A DNA stretch of 64,000 nucleotides from Bdellovibrionales bacterium (GCA_041690295.1 JAWLHR010000009.1:1-64000), one strand, 5' to 3'. Numbered from the stretch's first letter, positions 38,172 through 52,080 are shown. The notes: a model not told the origin generated them from the letters alone. A program made the numbers and translations.

Positions 38172-38687
38172 ATGAAAAATGTAATCGATGTCACTCGCCG
38201 TCTGAAAATCAAAGAAAACGGATCGGTACGGACAAAGCCGCACGCCGAGGCTCCGATCATCGATATTACCGAAAAGCGGACGGAAATCATCCAGTCGGAA
38301 AGGCGTAAAGTCCGCCGGACGATTCTGAGTGAATTCATCTCCGCCTTCGCCGTCGTTCCCAAGAAAGGTTTACTTAAGGTTGTCCTGGCGGATATTTCCG
38401 AGGACGGCCTGGCTTTCGATGTCGACGCTAAAGCCGGCCATTTCCGCGTGGGCGAAGAGATCGCCATGCGGGTCTATCTCAATCATGAAACTTATTTCGG
38501 GTTCATCGTCAAAGTCCAAAACGTCAGGGGCATGGCTGAGGACGGGGTTTTCCGCCATGGGGTCCACTTCGTGAAAGGGACGATCAATGACGAAGCCCTT
38601 TACCATTTCGTCAGGTTCCTTGAAACCGTTAGTGCCTCATTACAGACGGACCAAGGCGACATTCAGGTTTCCAACCTTACGCGTTGA
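38172..38687 (+). CDS. PilZ domain protein (c-di-GMP receptor)
   Basis: ERRKVRR (RxxxR) and DISEDG (DxSxxG). Alternative start 38160. Confidence 0.8.
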   Translation: MKNVIDVTRRLKIKENGSVRTKPHAEAPIIDITEKRTEIIQSERRKVRRTILSEFISAFAVVPKKGLLKVVLADISEDGLAFDVDAKAGHFRVGEEIAMRVYLNHETYFGFIVKVQNVRGMAEDGVFRHGVHFVKGTINDEALYHFVRFLETVSASLQTDQGDIQVSNLTR

Positions 38688-38771
38688 TCCTATACAAGAC
38701 TAAAAAACTGCGCTGAGATGAAAACTGCCGCACTGGCTAGCTGCGGCTGTGTGAGGAGGGCTCTGAGCTCT

Positions 38772-40100
38772 ATGACATTACCGGGAAAGTGCGACCGTAA
38801 GATTGTGGTCGACACGAACGTGATCCTGTTTGACGCTTTGGCCATCAACAAATTCAAATCCGCGGACATCTACATCCCGTTTTCCGTGATCGAGGAAATC
38901 GACCGCTTCAAACGGGATTTGGGTGAGAACGGCCGGAACGCCCGGCACTTTTCCCGCTTCGTCGACGTTTTACGTGATCAAGGTTCCTTGGCTCAGGGCG
39001 TGGCGCTCGAATCGTCCAAATCCCTGGTGTACGTGATCTCCGACTTCAATTTCAGCGGCCTGCCATCGGAAATGAACCTGAGCATCCCGGATCACCGGAT
39101 TCTGGCCACCGCTTACACGCTCAAAAAGCAGAACCCGAATGCGGAAGTCGAGCTGGTCACCAAAGACATCAATCTTCGCATTAAAGCGGACGTGTTCGGT
39201 ATCGACGCGCGCGACTACGACCCCGAAAACACCCACCTCGAGGACATGTACAAAGGGGTCAAGGAAATCGATCTCGATCCCCAGCAGATCGACAATTTCT
39301 ACCGTGATCGCGGTCTGGAATTGGACGGTGAAATTAAATTTTTCGCGAATCAGTATTTGATCATGCGGGACCGCGCGAACCCCAATCATTCGGCCATCGG
39401 GCGCTATGACGAAAAATTGGGGAGAATCGTTCCACTGATTTCGCCGACCGAAAGTGTTTGGGGCATTCACCCCCGTAACATGGAGCAGTCTTTCGCCTTC
39501 GATGCCTTATTGAACGACGAATTGTTATTCGTCTCATTGGTGGGTAAGGCGGGAACCGGAAAAACATTGCTGGCCCTGGCCGCCGGTCTTCACAAAACCC
39601 TGGATGAGGGCCGGTTTCAGCGCTTATTGGTGAGTCGCCCGATTTTTCCCATGGGCCGCGACATCGGCTATCTTCCGGGCGATGTGGAACAAAAACTGAA
39701 CCCCTGGATGCAGCCGATCTTCGACAACGTCGAGTTCCTATTGGGCGCCGATAAAAAGGCGGCGGGCCGGGCCCAAGAACTGATCAATCAAGGCATGCTC
39801 AATATCGAACCGCTCACGTACATCCGCGGTCGCAGCATTCCCAACCAGTATCTGATCGTCGATGAGTCCCAGAACCTCACGCCCCACGAGATCAAAACCA
39901 TCGTCACCCGCGCCGGACAGGGGACGAAAGTCGTGCTCACGGGTGATTGTTATCAGATTGATAACCCCTATATCGACGCGTCCAACTCGGGTCTCACGTA
40001 CTCGGTGGAGCGCTTCAAGGGCCAGCGCATTTCCGCGCATGTGTCTTTGACCAAGGGCGAGCGTTCCGAACTCGCCGAACTCGCGGCCAATATTCTCTAA
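38772..40100 (+). CDS. PIN-PhoH family protein (PhoH2/YlaK/YbeZ-like)
   Basis: PIN VVDTNV and VTKDINLR.KA; GKAGTGKT, RP...G..IGYLPG, IRGRSI, DE.QN, TGD..QIDNP, ERS; GAGGAGG RBS. Confidence 0.92.
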   Translation: MTLPGKCDRKIVVDTNVILFDALAINKFKSADIYIPFSVIEEIDRFKRDLGENGRNARHFSRFVDVLRDQGSLAQGVALESSKSLVYVISDFNFSGLPSEMNLSIPDHRILATAYTLKKQNPNAEVELVTKDINLRIKADVFGIDARDYDPENTHLEDMYKGVKEIDLDPQQIDNFYRDRGLELDGEIKFFANQYLIMRDRANPNHSAIGRYDEKLGRIVPLISPTESVWGIHPRNMEQSFAFDALLNDELLFVSLVGKAGTGKTLLALAAGLHKTLDEGRFQRLLVSRPIFPMGRDIGYLPGDVEQKLNPWMQPIFDNVEFLLGADKKAAGRAQELINQGMLNIEPLTYIRGRSIPNQYLIVDESQNLTPHEIKTIVTRAGQGTKVVLTGDCYQIDNPYIDASNSGLTYSVERFKGQRISAHVSLTKGERSELAELAANIL

Positions 40101-40128
40101 CTTATCGGGACTGGACCAAGGGCGTATC

Positions 40129-40156
40129 TTTAGCCTCCCTGGGTCCGGACCGATAA
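40129..40156 (+). promoter_or_regulatory. Sigma28-type promoter
   Basis: TTTAG-N15-ACCGATAA, 7 nt before ATG 40164. Confidence 0.5.
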
Positions 40157-40163
40157 GTTCAAC

Positions 40164-40442
40164 ATGTACTTACAAGGAAATTTACAGGCGATTTTCGATG
40201 CCCTCTACCACATGGGAGTGATTGATCCGGTGTTGGAAATGGATTGGTCCCAGGCATTGGATCAGATGCCCGAACATGTGGACGAATTTTTCCGCATCGT
40301 GAGCGTCGCGAACACGTGTCAGGACGACATGGAAGAACTGATGAGCAATTTGAAAAAATTCGATCAAAGAACGCTGAGTTATTTAGCCATGGAGGTGGCC
40401 CGTGAGTATGCCGACTATCACTCGCGCGAAACTCTGCATTAG
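40164..40442 (+). CDS. Small acidic helical hypothetical protein
   Basis: 92-aa ORF directly after a sigma28-like promoter and first of a tight 3-gene run. Confidence 0.7.
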   Translation: MYLQGNLQAIFDALYHMGVIDPVLEMDWSQALDQMPEHVDEFFRIVSVANTCQDDMEELMSNLKKFDQRTLSYLAMEVAREYADYHSRETLH

Positions 40443-40938
40443 CTTTATCATCATCGCGCTTTCGGCGGTCGCGCACGCCGAGTGGAAAATCGATTTCTCC
40501 CGCCGTTTGCAGAACACGCGCACCCAGGATTTAAAGAGAGAACCGGCCAGTACCGAGTTTCCGGTGGAAGCGACGCCTTTTCAAAAGCCGCAGTCGCCCG
40601 GATTTTTTGAATCCCTTTTTCAGACCAGCGATATCGCCCAGGAAATCGTGGTGCTCCATACGGAACGCGGCTTCGTGCCGTCGACGCTTCAGTTGAAAAA
40701 AGGCCTGAACTACCAGATCCATGTGGTGAACGTGAATGAAAAGGAAAAGAATGTGAGCTTCGTGCTGGATTCGTTTTCCGAGCATCACGCCACGTACTTT
40801 GGAAAAATCAAAACGTTCGTGATCCGGCCGCAAAAAGAAGGTGTTTTCAAGTTCGTAAGCCCCGAGACTTCGGCGCAGGGGAAAGTGGTGGTTTATCCCG
40901 CTCAAGGGGCTGAAATCCGTTCTCCGGCCTCGGAGTAG
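40408..40938 (+). CDS. Secreted cupredoxin-fold protein
   Basis: Signal peptide ending AHA; GF.PS.L.LKKG...I..VN and F...P.K.G.F.F pattern. Confidence 0.65.
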   Translation: MPTITRAKLCISFIIIALSAVAHAEWKIDFSRRLQNTRTQDLKREPASTEFPVEATPFQKPQSPGFFESLFQTSDIAQEIVVLHTERGFVPSTLQLKKGLNYQIHVVNVNEKEKNVSFVLDSFSEHHATYFGKIKTFVIRPQKEGVFKFVSPETSAQGKVVVYPAQGAEIRSPASE

Positions 40939-40947
40939 GGGAGCGCG

Positions 40948-42063
40948 ATGTCGCAGGACAAAGTCACCGTTTTCGTTAACTCGATTAAAACCTTCCTCGC
41001 TCCCATCTGGCCGCTCCTGGAAGACGAGAAAGTCACCGAAGTCATGGTCAATCGCCATGACGAAGTTTGGGTCGAAATCAGAGGAAAGATCCAAAAAACG
41101 GACGCGAAGTTCAAAGACGAGGACGCTCTCCGCTCGGCGGTCAACAACATCGCTCAAAGCGTGGGTCGCCGGATCACTGATGAGGAGCCGCGGCTCGACG
41201 CCCGCTTGCCTAACGGTTTTCGGGTGGCGGCGGTGATTCCGCCGTGTTCGCGAAAAGGCACGACGGTGGCCATCCGGAAATTCGCCACCGTGCAATTCAC
41301 CTTCAAAGATTACATCACGTTGGGCGCCATGACCGGGGACGCGGCGCAATTTCTCGATATCTGTATCAAGCTCGGTAAAAACATTCTCGTCAGCGGCGGC
41401 ACCGGCTCCGGTAAAACCACATTGCTCTCGGTGCTTTCCAATCGCATCCCTCGCGGGCAACGCCTGATCGTGATCGAGGACTCCAGCGAATTGAAAGTGG
41501 ATTACGAACATGTGGTGTTCTTTGAAACCCAGATGCCGGATGAACAAGGAAACGGTGAGGTCACCATCCGCGATCTCCTGAAGAGCAGCTTGCGTCTTCG
41601 TCCCGACCGCATCATCGTGGGTGAGGTCCGCGGCGCCGAAGCGCTGGAACTGATTCAAGCCATGAACACCGGCCATAAAGGATGTATGGGAACCATCCAC
41701 GCCAACTCGGCCGAAGACGCCCTTGTTCGTTTGGAAGCTCTCGCTCAGGGGGGAGACGCTCAATTAAGTGAAAAGGCGCTGCGGCACCAAATCGCATCGG
41801 CCATCGACATTGTGGTACAGATTTCCCGCTACCCCGATGGATCGCGCCGCTTGACCAGCATTTCCGAAGTTTTGGGTTTCACCGAGGATCGTGAATACAA
41901 TGTGGTCCCCATTTATGAGATCCCGCGACTTATCAAACAGCCTGACGGGAAGTTAAAAGGGGAAATTCAACCCACGGGCGAGATTCCCAGCTTCATGGTT
42001 GAAATCGAGGACAACGCGATCCCGTTTCCGCGCAGCAAGTTCACCAAACCGCAAGCGGCCTAG
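40948..42063 (+). CDS. cpaF: CpaF/TadA family secretion ATPase
   Basis: [55 protein letters not shown]. Confidence 0.9.
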   Translation: MSQDKVTVFVNSIKTFLAPIWPLLEDEKVTEVMVNRHDEVWVEIRGKIQKTDAKFKDEDALRSAVNNIAQSVGRRITDEEPRLDARLPNGFRVAAVIPPCSRKGTTVAIRKFATVQFTFKDYITLGAMTGDAAQFLDICIKLGKNILVSGGTGSGKTTLLSVLSNRIPRGQRLIVIEDSSELKVDYEHVVFFETQMPDEQGNGEVTIRDLLKSSLRLRPDRIIVGEVRGAEALELIQAMNTGHKGCMGTIHANSAEDALVRLEALAQGGDAQLSEKALRHQIASAIDIVVQISRYPDGSRRLTSISEVLGFTEDREYNVVPIYEIPRLIKQPDGKLKGEIQPTGEIPSFMVEIEDNAIPFPRSKFTKPQAA

Positions 42064-42142
42064 CGGTTAACGCACCATGACTGCGCGCCGCAACTAATTT
42101 CGGCTTTTGCACCAAAGTCCAGTGTGAGCTACAAATAGTAGA

Positions 42143-45540
<3,398 letters not shown>

Positions 45541-45552
45541 ACCATAGGGGGT

Positions 45553-45569
45553 TGCAATCGAGGCACCAA
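45553..45569 (-). promoter_or_regulatory. Sigma54-type promoter
   Basis: Minus strand TTGGTGCCTCGATTGCA (GG-N10-GC) just upstream of ATG 45540. Confidence 0.5.
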
Positions 45570-45694
45570 AACTTAGTTTTCTTAAGCGATTGAGAGGGGT
45601 TAGGCGCGTTCAAAGACACTAAAACCTATACGCCTGTCGAGGCCTTGGCCACAAATCTGGACCAAATAACAGCTCGGGGCCGTGATAACCTGAT

Positions 45695-46021
45695 ATGGTG
45701 AAGAGCTTCCTGATCGGATTCTTTCGCGGTCTCAACCTTCTGCTCCATAACCCCTCAAAAGTGATTTGGATTTGTCTCGGATTGATACTGGTCAATCTGA
45801 TCGTGGACGGGTCGATATTCAGACTCGTTCGCCTCTATAAAGACCAAGAGAAAATTCAAGCGCAAATGAGTCAGCTCAACGGCCGATTGGCCGAGTTGAA
45901 ATCCCGACTCAAGCGCGCCCGCGACCCGGCCTTCATGGAAAAAGAGGCCCGGGACCGCTTTGATTTGGTGAGCAAGGGTGACCTTGTCTTCGTTTTTTCA
46001 GAAGAGGAGGCGCCCGATTAA
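45695..46021 (+). CDS. ftsB: Septum formation initiator FtsB/DivIC family
   Basis: TM helix, coiled coil, DP..ME.EAR..F.LV..GD.VF; near eno. Confidence 0.75.
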   Translation: MVKSFLIGFFRGLNLLLHNPSKVIWICLGLILVNLIVDGSIFRLVRLYKDQEKIQAQMSQLNGRLAELKSRLKRARDPAFMEKEARDRFDLVSKGDLVFVFSEEEAPD

Positions 46022-46035
46022 TCAAGGAGGAACAA

Positions 46036-46245
46036 GTGGTTACAGGACGGATCAAATGGTTCAATGCCTTCCAAAGTTACGGATACATTGTTCTCTGGGA
46101 CGGCACAGAAGTTTACTTTCATGCCAGCGGATTACGCAACGCTCGAACCCTCGATCATCTAAATCCTGGAACTGACGTGGCCTTTGACCTCATCCAAACC
46201 CGCTCTGGAATGGAAGCGCAGAACGTCGAGGTTTTAGCTGGATAA
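46036..46245 (+). CDS. Cold-shock domain protein
   Basis: G.IKWFN....YGYI, VYFH.S, V.F, A.NV; AGGAGG RBS; GTG start. Confidence 0.85.
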   Translation: MVTGRIKWFNAFQSYGYIVLWDGTEVYFHASGLRNARTLDHLNPGTDVAFDLIQTRSGMEAQNVEVLAG

Positions 46246-46265
46246 GACTCAAAAATTGCAATAAT

Positions 46266-46302
46266 CTTCCTGGGCTGCCTTGTTTTTAGGCGGCCCGGGA
46301 AG
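46266..46302 (+). other. 15-bp stem-loop between the csp and HTH genes
   Basis: CTTCCTGGGCTGCCT / AGGCGGCCCGGGAAG with two G-U pairs; no U-tract, so its role (terminator or 5' stabiliser) is unclear. Confidence 0.4.
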
Positions 46303-46317
46303 GGGAAAGTCGGGAAA

Positions 46318-46599
46318 ATGGATCTCAACCACCGTGAAATTCGAACTCTTCGCCAGCGCTTGGGTTGGTCATTGGCCGAGATGGCCCGTCACATGGGTTG
46401 CACCACGCAAATGGTTCAAGCCTGGGAAGATGGCACGGCTCAACCGGATCCCGAAGTGATGAACCAGCTGCACTACTTGAATTTTCACGTGGATCGAAAA
46501 AGCCATATGGTCGCGCAGATTCCTCTCGCCGAAAAAGAAATGGAATCGCGCGGAGTGGCTCAGCTCACACATCGTGACCTTCTAAAGGATATCCAGTAA
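46318..46599 (+). CDS. XRE-family helix-turn-helix protein
   Basis: IR.LR..LGWS.AEMA..MG.....V..WE.G...P. Confidence 0.8.
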   Translation: MDLNHREIRTLRQRLGWSLAEMARHMGCTTQMVQAWEDGTAQPDPEVMNQLHYLNFHVDRKSHMVAQIPLAEKEMESRGVAQLTHRDLLKDIQ

Positions 46600-46611
46600 G
46601 ACCTACAATTG

Positions 46612-49158
46612 ATGAAAAGTCTCTACCTCGTCGACGCGAGCAATATGTTCTTTCGCGCGTTTTTCGCCATTCCGCCGATGACCAGCCCCAAGGGTCTTCC
46701 CACGAACGCGCTTTACGGTTTCCTCTCCATGTCACTCAAGCTCATGCGCGAGGTGCGGCCCGATTATCTTGTTTACTGCTTTGACCTGCCGGAACCATCA
46801 TTCCGCTCCGAGATTTATCAGGACTACAAAGCGCACCGTGATGAAATGCCCGACAATTTGTCGCCCCAGGTTCCCTATCTGAAGCAGCTCACGGAACTGC
46901 TCGGGATCGTCCACGTGGAGGTTCCCGGGTATGAAGCCGATGATGTGATCGGCAGTCTGGCGATGAAAGCCGTCCGCGAAAAAGTTCAGGCGGTGATCGT
47001 CAGCGGTGACAAGGATTTCGCGCAACTGGTGCGCCCCGGAATTTCGCTTTACGACACCATGAAGAACGTGCGCACGGATGTGGACGGGGTGAAGGAGAAG
47101 TTCGGCATTCGCCCCGATCAAATGATCGATTACCTGGCGATGGTCGGTGATGCCAGTGATAACGTTCCGGGTGTGCGCGGGATCGGCCCGAAGGGCGCGT
47201 GCAAGCTCCTGAACGAATTCGATACGCTCGACGGTATTTACGCCAATATTGATAAGATCAAGGGCGCCACGAAAACCAAATTATTAGAGGGAAAAGAAGA
47301 CGCGTTTCTTTCGCGCAAACTCGTGACCATCGTCACCGATGTTGATGTGAAAGTGGAGCTTGAGGATCTCAAGCTCAAGCCGCTTCAGCGGGAACCGCTG
47401 CGCGCGCTCCTTCAGGAGCTGGGCTTTAAGAGTTTCGAACGCACTCTTTTCAGTGAAAACGGCGGGGAGCCACCGCCGGCCAAGGCACCTGTCGGGCCCG
47501 TTAAAAAAGCAAAGGCTCCGAGAAAAGCCACTCAACAGGCGCTGTGGGAAGAAGTCGAAGTTTCCTGCGACGAGCTTCGTAAACTGGTTCAACCTTATTC
47601 CGAAATTTGGGGGTTGCTCAGCGAGCGCGGACTTTATCTGGGTTACAATGGCCGGGTTTTGCGAGTTCCCGCCGATGAAAAAGAAATCGGAATCTGTCTC
47701 GCGCAAAAGCACCTCTGCTGGAAGGGTTTTGACGTTAAACAGGTGATCAAGGCGCTCAATTTGCCGCTGGCCAAAGTGGAGTGGGACGCCATGCTGGCCG
47801 CGTACGTGGTTCGCGCCGAGCAAATCGGAACCTTCGAAGACGTCTTTGAGGAGCATTGCGGGCGGAAAATTCCCGATCTGGCTTCGCCGTCGGATTACAT
47901 GCGCGCCCACCTGGAACTCGAAGAATGCCTGATGGAAAAACTCAAGGAACGTGAAGGCTTCAAGGTGTTCCGCGAATTGGAATTGCCGCTTGTTCCGGTG
48001 CTCGCCAGTATGGAATTGCGCGGAGTGAAGATTGATTTCGAGGAACTCAAACGCCAAAGTCAGGAACTGGCCACCGATATCCGGCGTCTTGAAAAGGAAA
48101 TTCATCAGGCGGCGGGAATCGAGTTCAACGTGGGCAGCCCCAAACAACTGGCGCAGGTGCTCTTTGAACGCCTTAAGCTGCCGACCGCGCGTAAAACGAA
48201 AACCGGATTTTCCACCGATAGCGACGTGCTTGAAGGTTTGAAAGACAAGCACCCCATCGCCGCTTTGATTCTGGAATATCGCGAACTCACCAAATTGAAG
48301 AGCACCTATGTCGACGCGATTCCCGCGCTGGCGGGTCACGACGGACGGGTGCACACGAGCCTGAATCAGGCCGCCACCACAACGGGCCGGTTGTCGTCGG
48401 CGTATCCCAATCTTCAGAATATTCCCATTCGCACCGAACGCGGGCGGCTCGTGCGCAAGGCTTTTGTTTGTGATGAAGGCAGTTGTTTGATTTCCGCCGA
48501 CTATTCTCAAATCGAACTTCGCGTGCTCGCTCACATCACCGAAGATCCGGGATTGGTGGCCGCGTTCAACGCGGATTTGGACATTCACCGGGCCACGGCC
48601 AGCGAAGTTTTCGGAGTGAAACTTGAAGACGTCACCGATGAACAGCGCCGGATCGCCAAGGCGGTGAACTTCGGTTTGGCCTACGGCCAAAAAGCGATGG
48701 GGCTGGCCGATACATTGGGCATCTCACGGCAAGAGGCGACGGAAATTATCGATCGTTACTTTAAACGTTTCTCCCGGGTCAGGGACTACATGGAAAATGT
48801 GGTGCGTGAGGGAATGGAAAAAGGTTACGTGGAAACCCTTTTCGGTCGTCGTCGCTACATCGACGAGCTGCGGTCGCAAAATCCCATGATCCGGCGGGCG
48901 GGAGAGCGGGCGGCCATCAATGCGCCCATCCAAGGCACGGCCAGCGATCTTGTTAAACTGGCCATGATTAAATTGCATGACAGTCTTCCCATTTCACTTC
49001 TCTTGCAAGTGCACGACGAATTGCTCTTTGAATGTCCGATCGACGAGTCCGAAGAATACGCCCAGGACATCAAATCGATCATGGAATCCATTTATCCTTT
49101 GAAGATTCCCCTGAAAGTGAACGTGGGTAAGGGGCTCAACTGGGACGACGCCCACTAA
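46612..49158 (+). CDS. polA: DNA polymerase I
   Basis: 5' nuclease (LVD, RAF.A, EADD, SGDKD, GD.SDN.PGV.GIG.K) and polymerase (TGRLSS..PNLQNIP, ADYSQIELR, K.VNFG..YG, QVHDEL). Confidence 0.97.
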   Translation: MKSLYLVDASNMFFRAFFAIPPMTSPKGLPTNALYGFLSMSLKLMREVRPDYLVYCFDLPEPSFRSEIYQDYKAHRDEMPDNLSPQVPYLKQLTELLGIVHVEVPGYEADDVIGSLAMKAVREKVQAVIVSGDKDFAQLVRPGISLYDTMKNVRTDVDGVKEKFGIRPDQMIDYLAMVGDASDNVPGVRGIGPKGACKLLNEFDTLDGIYANIDKIKGATKTKLLEGKEDAFLSRKLVTIVTDVDVKVELEDLKLKPLQREPLRALLQELGFKSFERTLFSENGGEPPPAKAPVGPVKKAKAPRKATQQALWEEVEVSCDELRKLVQPYSEIWGLLSERGLYLGYNGRVLRVPADEKEIGICLAQKHLCWKGFDVKQVIKALNLPLAKVEWDAMLAAYVVRAEQIGTFEDVFEEHCGRKIPDLASPSDYMRAHLELEECLMEKLKEREGFKVFRELELPLVPVLASMELRGVKIDFEELKRQSQELATDIRRLEKEIHQAAGIEFNVGSPKQLAQVLFERLKLPTARKTKTGFSTDSDVLEGLKDKHPIAALILEYRELTKLKSTYVDAIPALAGHDGRVHTSLNQAATTTGRLSSAYPNLQNIPIRTERGRLVRKAFVCDEGSCLISADYSQIELRVLAHITEDPGLVAAFNADLDIHRATASEVFGVKLEDVTDEQRRIAKAVNFGLAYGQKAMGLADTLGISRQEATEIIDRYFKRFSRVRDYMENVVREGMEKGYVETLFGRRRYIDELRSQNPMIRRAGERAAINAPIQGTASDLVKLAMIKLHDSLPISLLLQVHDELLFECPIDESEEYAQDIKSIMESIYPLKIPLKVNVGKGLNWDDAH

Positions 49159-49793
49159 TCGCGTTCCCAACCCACCACGCGGCCGCCTTCGAAATACACG
49201 ATACGCATTTCTTTCTGATAACCATCGGCGCCGGAGACGTAGCGGTGATATTTCCAACGTTCAAAACCGTAAATGGGATTGCCGGCGACTTCCACCGCGT
49301 CGGGATCGCCCCAACTTTCCATCACCGCTTTTTGAGTCATGCCCAAGGCGATGTCTTTGGCCTCGATCGTTTGCGCGATTTCCTCGGTGTACGCCTCGTC
49401 TTTCTGTCCCAGTCCGCGGCTGGCGGCCCAGCGCTCGCGGGCTTCATAGGTGGGAAGCGAAAGAAAATAAATTCGTTCGCGGTCATTCTTCAGGTGTGAG
49501 CGTATATCGTAGTACTGTTTCTTTTCTCGTTTCGTCGCCAACCGGGCTTCCATTCGTTTCAGACGGATGCGCAGTTCAAGCGCGACTCTTTCGTTATCCT
49601 CGAGAGGACGTCCCATGAGCCCGAGTTCTTCGCGCGCCTGATCTTGCATGTGCATTCTTCGTTGTTCGTAAAGGCTGTCCGGTCCGGAGATCGCGGATGA
49701 ATCATAACTATAGGCGTATCCGCTGCGCGCGTCCCGTTCGATCAGGGCGCAAGCCGAAAGTCCAAGGCTCAATAATATAACGAGAGTTTTCAT
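49155..49793 (-). CDS. Lipoprotein with SmpA/BamE-like C-terminal motif
   Basis: LSLGLSAC lipobox; GM...AV..SWG.P, ERW.Y, VYFE.GRV.GW; GGAGG RBS. Confidence 0.7.
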   Translation of the reverse strand: MKTLVILLSLGLSACALIERDARSGYAYSYDSSAISGPDSLYEQRRMHMQDQAREELGLMGRPLEDNERVALELRIRLKRMEARLATKREKKQYYDIRSHLKNDRERIYFLSLPTYEARERWAASRGLGQKDEAYTEEIAQTIEAKDIALGMTQKAVMESWGDPDAVEVAGNPIYGFERWKYHRYVSGADGYQKEMRIVYFEGGRVVGWERD

Positions 49794-49867
49794 CCGTGAT
49801 CCTCCCCGGTGCTGACATCCTTTTCGGTTCAAATTGAGAAAATTTAAGTCCATACTGAGAGTACGTT

Positions 49868-50764
49868 ATGACCAAAGGCGAAGAGGTCCCGCTAGAGGAC
49901 ATCGACAAACTGATTTCCCAGGAAGATCCGGAGTTCGCGCAGACTTTGGAAGAGGTTCGTAACGTCGAGGTCGACACAAACGTCGTGATCGAGGCGTCGG
50001 CGATCGATGAGTCCGAAGAACCGGCCGCCGAACCTCCGGAGAAACAAGGGATCGTGGCGCGAACCATTCATCGCGTACGGCAGTCCTTGGTGAATTTCCG
50101 CGTGGCGCTTCGCCTGCGCCTCATTCAGCTCGGCAAGGACATTCTGATTTTCCTCAAGACCCAGCCCAAAGAATTCGCCCGTTATCTCTGGGCGAAACTC
50201 AAGTATTTGGGCCGTCAGTCTTTGGTCCCCATTGTCGCGTTCATGCAGGCCTCCCGCCTGCAACAATTGAGCATACTTGTTTTGATCGCCATGCTGGCGG
50301 GAGTGATTTGGACGTTTCGCGCCAATTTGCAAGGAATTTGGATCCCCCATTTGACCAAGCCGATTCTCACTTCACTTGAGAACCATGCCGATTTGGTTGA
50401 GCGCTTCGATCCCAAGGACGGTGCGGAAAGTTTTTATTCCGCGTTTCCCCAGGAGCGGCACGAATTTCTCTTTGAAAAATTCAGAGTGAATTTAAAACGG
50501 ACCGAAGAAAACCCCTGGCCCATGGGAGCCTTTGAGGTCATCGTGGAAGTGGATTCCAAAGACACGGCGGTGGAGGTGAGGGATCGTGAGGTTGAGTTTC
50601 ACGATCTCATTCAACGGATTTTTGAAGAAGAAACCTACAACGATCTGGCTTCGGATCTTGGAAAGGCGCGATTGAAGTCACGGATTAAACGTGAGCTGAA
50701 TCAGCACTTAACGCAAGGTTGGACCAAAGAGGTCAACTTTCGCACCTTTATTCTCAAACCTTAG
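49868..50764 (+). CDS. fliL: Flagellar basal body-associated FliL family protein
   Basis: Acidic N-terminus and TM; F.VNL, D.I, DL....GK..LK..I..ELN..L..G....V.F..FI. Confidence 0.7.
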   Translation: MTKGEEVPLEDIDKLISQEDPEFAQTLEEVRNVEVDTNVVIEASAIDESEEPAAEPPEKQGIVARTIHRVRQSLVNFRVALRLRLIQLGKDILIFLKTQPKEFARYLWAKLKYLGRQSLVPIVAFMQASRLQQLSILVLIAMLAGVIWTFRANLQGIWIPHLTKPILTSLENHADLVERFDPKDGAESFYSAFPQERHEFLFEKFRVNLKRTEENPWPMGAFEVIVEVDSKDTAVEVRDREVEFHDLIQRIFEEETYNDLASDLGKARLKSRIKRELNQHLTQGWTKEVNFRTFILKP

Positions 50765-52040
50765 AGAACAATTCATCGATATTGATTTTGTACTCCTTGA
50801 TCCGGTCATGGAGCGTGCTTTTTGGTATTCCCAGTTCCGCGGCGGTTCGCCGCTGGTTTCCGCGATTGGCGATGAGACGATTGCGGATCATGTCTATTTC
50901 CATTTCCTTAAGCAAAGAACGGCTCGCGGATAAGGTCCCTTCGGTCTTCTGTCGTTCGCCGCTGACCAAAGTGTCGATCAGGCGTGGGATGAGGTCCGCT
51001 TGCACTTCATCGCCACCGGAGTAGGCTTTGGCGCGGGCCACGACATTTTTCAGTTCACGGATATTGCCCGGCCAGGTGTGCGACTTGAGTCGTTGAATCG
51101 CGGCGAAGGAGAAACGCACCTTCATTTCGCGGGCGAAGTGGTAAAGCAGGTCGTCAAAGTCTTCCATGCGTTCCACCAACGCCGGCACCTGAACGTGAAT
51201 GACATGGAGACGGAAATAAAGGTCCGAGCGGAATTTGTTTTCCAGCGCCATTCGTTTCAAATCGCGGTGGGTGGCCGCGATCACGCGAACGTCGGTGGTG
51301 ACGGAGCGATCACTTCCCACGGGTCGGATTTGATTGTTTTCCAAAGCCCGCAGCAGCTTGGGTTGCAGATTGAGGGGAAGGTCGCCGATTTCATCCAGGA
51401 ACAGGGTTCCGCCGCGGGCCGCTTCGAACGCGCCCTTGCGATCGCCGCTGGCACCCGTGAAAGAGCCTTTCACATGGCCGAAGAGTTCGCTTTCAACCAG
51501 CGATTCACTGAGAGCGCTGCAATTCACGCTGACAAATGGTCCACCGGCGCGATCAGAGAGAAGGTGAAGATTTTGGGCGAGAACATCCTTACCCGAACCC
51601 GACGGTCCAAGGAGAAGCACGGGAAAATCGCTGCGGGCGATTCCGGGAAACTGCGCGAGCTGTTCATTCCAGCGTGGATTTTTACTGGTGAGAGCGGTCA
51701 CATCGAATTTATCTTGGCAACTGGTGAACTTGATTTCAGTTCGTCCGATCGAGAAGCGATCGCCATCGGCCAACACGGCTTCAAGGACGCGAGCGTTGTT
51801 CAAGCAAGTGCCGTTTCGGCTGCGCATATCCTTGAGAACGAAGACGTCACCGCGACGCTCGATTCTCGCGTGGCGTCCCGATACGAACTCATCGTCAAGC
51901 ACAATATGATTGCTGATATCCCGCCCGATCGTGATGAATTCTCCGATTTCAGCCTGATGGGATGTGCCGCGGGCGTCACGCCAGAAAATATAGCCGGACG
52001 ACATTTTCGAATGATTCGCTCCAAGTGTGCGTGTGGTCAT
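50754..52040 (-). CDS. FHA-domain sigma54-dependent transcriptional activator (Fis-type HTH)
   Basis: FHA (IGR, VS.RHA, SRNGT); [46 protein letters not shown]-terminal HTH. Confidence 0.92.
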   Translation of the reverse strand: MTTRTLGANHSKMSSGYIFWRDARGTSHQAEIGEFITIGRDISNHIVLDDEFVSGRHARIERRGDVFVLKDMRSRNGTCLNNARVLEAVLADGDRFSIGRTEIKFTSCQDKFDVTALTSKNPRWNEQLAQFPGIARSDFPVLLLGPSGSGKDVLAQNLHLLSDRAGGPFVSVNCSALSESLVESELFGHVKGSFTGASGDRKGAFEAARGGTLFLDEIGDLPLNLQPKLLRALENNQIRPVGSDRSVTTDVRVIAATHRDLKRMALENKFRSDLYFRLHVIHVQVPALVERMEDFDDLLYHFAREMKVRFSFAAIQRLKSHTWPGNIRELKNVVARAKAYSGGDEVQADLIPRLIDTLVSGERQKTEGTLSASRSLLKEMEIDMIRNRLIANRGNQRRTAAELGIPKSTLHDRIKEYKINIDELFSKV

Positions 52041-52063
52041 ACGCTCCTCCTGGCCGGCATTAA

Positions 52064-52080
52064 ATCAATGGGCATGCCAA
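52064..52080 (-). promoter_or_regulatory. Sigma54-like promoter of the activator gene (variant -12)
   Basis: Minus strand TTGGCATGCCCATTGAT (GG-N10-GA); AGGAGGA RBS downstream. Confidence 0.4.

Noticed and set aside
47450..47950. Degenerate 3'-5' exonuclease region of PolA
   Set aside because: Loss of proofreading motifs in PolA is common in bacteria.
47284..48690. 468-aa minus-strand ORF opposite polA (similarly 25349-26335, 40531-41763, 51000-52085)
   Set aside because: Shadow ORFs arising from codon bias in well-supported genes on the other strand.
49821..49847. Possible sigma28 promoter TTAAA-N14-ACCGAAAA before the lipoprotein gene
   Set aside because: Both spacer and -10 deviate from the other copies; too weak to list.
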